From NCBI GenBank assembly GCA_002633005.1, contig NMRA01000510.1, positions 63,438-127,437 on the forward strand: a stretch of 64,000 nt of DNA. Reading direction: 5' to 3'. The notes under the pieces are model-generated. The model was not told where the DNA came from, searched no databases, and saw only the letters and a list, made by a program, of their open reading frames with translations. Position numbers and translations under genes: made by a program. This document shows, piece after piece, positions 61,913 to 64,000 of this stretch. Position 1 is the stretch's first letter; every line of letters starts with the position of its first letter. Origin of the DNA: Phoronis australis (Eukaryota; Animalia; Phoronida).

Positions 61913-63418
61913 CTGCGCAGAAATGACATGGTATGATAGTAAACCTTTACACAAGAATAACACGACGTCGGTCGTTTGAATAATCATAGGTTGGTTCTCA
62001 CGGTACTTCAAGTGCAATCTTAGTCGTATTAATGTGGCCCCTGATTAGGCATTTTCCTTATTCAACAAACACAAGGTTATTTGCATTTAAGTTAATGCCA
62101 CCTTGTAATTTCCTGAAAATGACTTCTTCACCTGATGTGGCAGAAAGCAGTGCAGTAAAACACAGATCTATGTATTAAGTAAATGCTGTGGTATATAAAC
62201 CAGGGCACTGCTACAGCAGGTCTCAGAGATAAAGGTACAGCACACATCACGAAATTTTGTCCGACTGGTTGGCTAAGAGTCGACGACCGGCGGTTGACCA
62301 GTCGGCTAATTTTTAGCGACCGGCAGCAGGCCGCAGAGCCGACTCATAAGGGGAACCCCCAGCCGACTCTCTTGCCGACCAGCCATCAGCCCGGCTGGTC
62401 GGCTGTTATTTTTAGGCTAGAGTTCTGTAGCAGTTGCGTAATAGGTTGTCAGGCTGATACCGCTTTGCGTGCCCATGCATATTCGTCTCGGCACAGGGTC
62501 AAATAAATCAACTAAGTTTTACTGTGTCTCCCTTACATGAGTTCCCATTGGTTGAGTAACACCACTAATTGGATGGTTGAAGACAAGTGGTAATATTGAA
62601 CATTGGATTATGGACAATGCAACAAGTTTTGGATAACAAAACGTGAGACTCGTGACATTAACAAGTTGAATTTGATTGCCTGCTTCCCGATCAATATAAC
62701 GCCGTAGTCATTTTGTAAACACAGCTATTTTTGACAGTCTTCACCCACACTTGTTTTTTGTTTGTGTTACGCCAAACTCTATATTTTTGCGTTTTTAAAG
62801 TTCTTCACGGGTCTCCTATCATGTGCCCATTATGATGGGATAGTGACTGAGGTGTTGCAACAAAGAACTTTTACTCCAGGGATTTTATTTTCATAGTATT
62901 AACCCTTGCAGTAAAGACACAAAATACATGGTCCTGTATGCCCTATGCCCACGGACTTGTAAGGCTCTAACTTTGAAGTTATATGGTTTCAATTTCCATG
63001 AACTTAGACAGTGACATCAAAAACAGAATTACCACTGTTGAGGTTACAACCAATTTCAGCTTTGCGCATTCCGTTTCCATGCATCAGCATCATTAAAATC
63101 TGCGATAGTTACAGGTATCATTTGGTCATTCACGTAGTTTTCTGACAACATATTGACATTATAAAACAATTTTGAACAGGAAGATGTGAATACGTGGTTA
63201 AGAGATATGTGTCTCTACAGGGCATTTGTGCATGAATCTTTGGTAAAGCGATTGCGATGTCTAAAAAATAAAAGAAAAACAATACACCAAGGTGCACTTT
63301 TTGAGAAGCAAAGCGTCTAAGGATGTTTATAGCGCATGATCTGGCCACCTTAGGTAGTAAGTGATGCTCAATGACATCTGGCAACTATGGCGGCAAAATA
63401 AAAGTAACATGCTTGTAT

Positions 63419-63534
63419 NNNNNNNNNNNNNNNNNNNNNNNNNNNNNNNNNNNNNNNNNNNNNNNNNNNNNNNNNNNNNNNNNNNNNNNNNNNNNNNNNN
63501 NNNNNNNNNNNNNNNNNNNNNNNNNNNNNNNNNN
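63419..63534. other. Assembly gap (116 N)
   Basis: Run of N; a single N also occurs at 45996. Confidence 1.
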
Positions 63535-64000
63535 AAAGTCGGCTTTTGAGGGCATTTTTAAAACTTAATATGTTTGGTTGATGCATTCAGTCAGTGCCCA
63601 AGTCTTACATCAAATGTACGCGTGGGCAGAAAACGTATCCGCGTAAAGAAAAAGTTGCGTTTTAAAAACTTTCGGAGCCGTGTGTTGTCACGGTCCTACA
63701 TTAATCACAGCATTTCTTCAAAATTCAGATGAACAAAGTTTACGGCATACCGACTACAGAGTCACGGTCTTAGGCATACGTTGTAATATCAGTTGAATTA
63801 TATGTAATAACTGTGAATAGCACGTACGCGCACAATAAGCATTCACATTAATTTTATATCTGATCACAATTCTTCTCCTGCTAACAATCGTTTTCATAAT
63901 TTTCGGAAAGAACGTGGAATAAAACATAATAATGATAGTCCAGATTCTACATTTGAAGATGGCACATGCGTTCATCGACCAGCAGATGAAAGAACACGAT

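Noticed and set aside
63361-63586. ORFs spanning the N run
   Set aside because: Artefacts of the assembly gap.

Overview
AT-rich, intron-rich animal genomic DNA; gene and repeat content suggest an invertebrate, possibly a lophotrochozoan (inference). Seven spliced protein genes were reconstructed by hand from GT/GC-AG sites and frame continuity: a small potato-inhibitor-I (eglin/CI2-like) protease inhibitor missed by the ORF track (-), a DUF229/alkaline-phosphatase-superfamily membrane protein (-) head-to-head with acylglycerol kinase AGK (+, 13 exons), two tandem GRHPR paralogs (-), an ankyrin-SOCS-box gene (+) and the 3' part of NEK1 (-). There is one intact tRNA-Glu(TTC), a decayed tRNA-Glu copy, many MITE/non-autonomous DNA transposons (including TAG...CTA elements with 9-bp TSDs), a decayed Penelope fragment and a 5'-truncated Hero-type RLE retrotransposon. 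The most striking item is the 3' UTR of that retroelement (50686-50796): six complementary helices place all hammerhead-ribozyme core motifs (GUC, GAAA, CUGAAGA) in a non-standard pseudoknotted arrangement. All family assignments come from motif recognition, not database searches. Assembly gap at 63419-63534.
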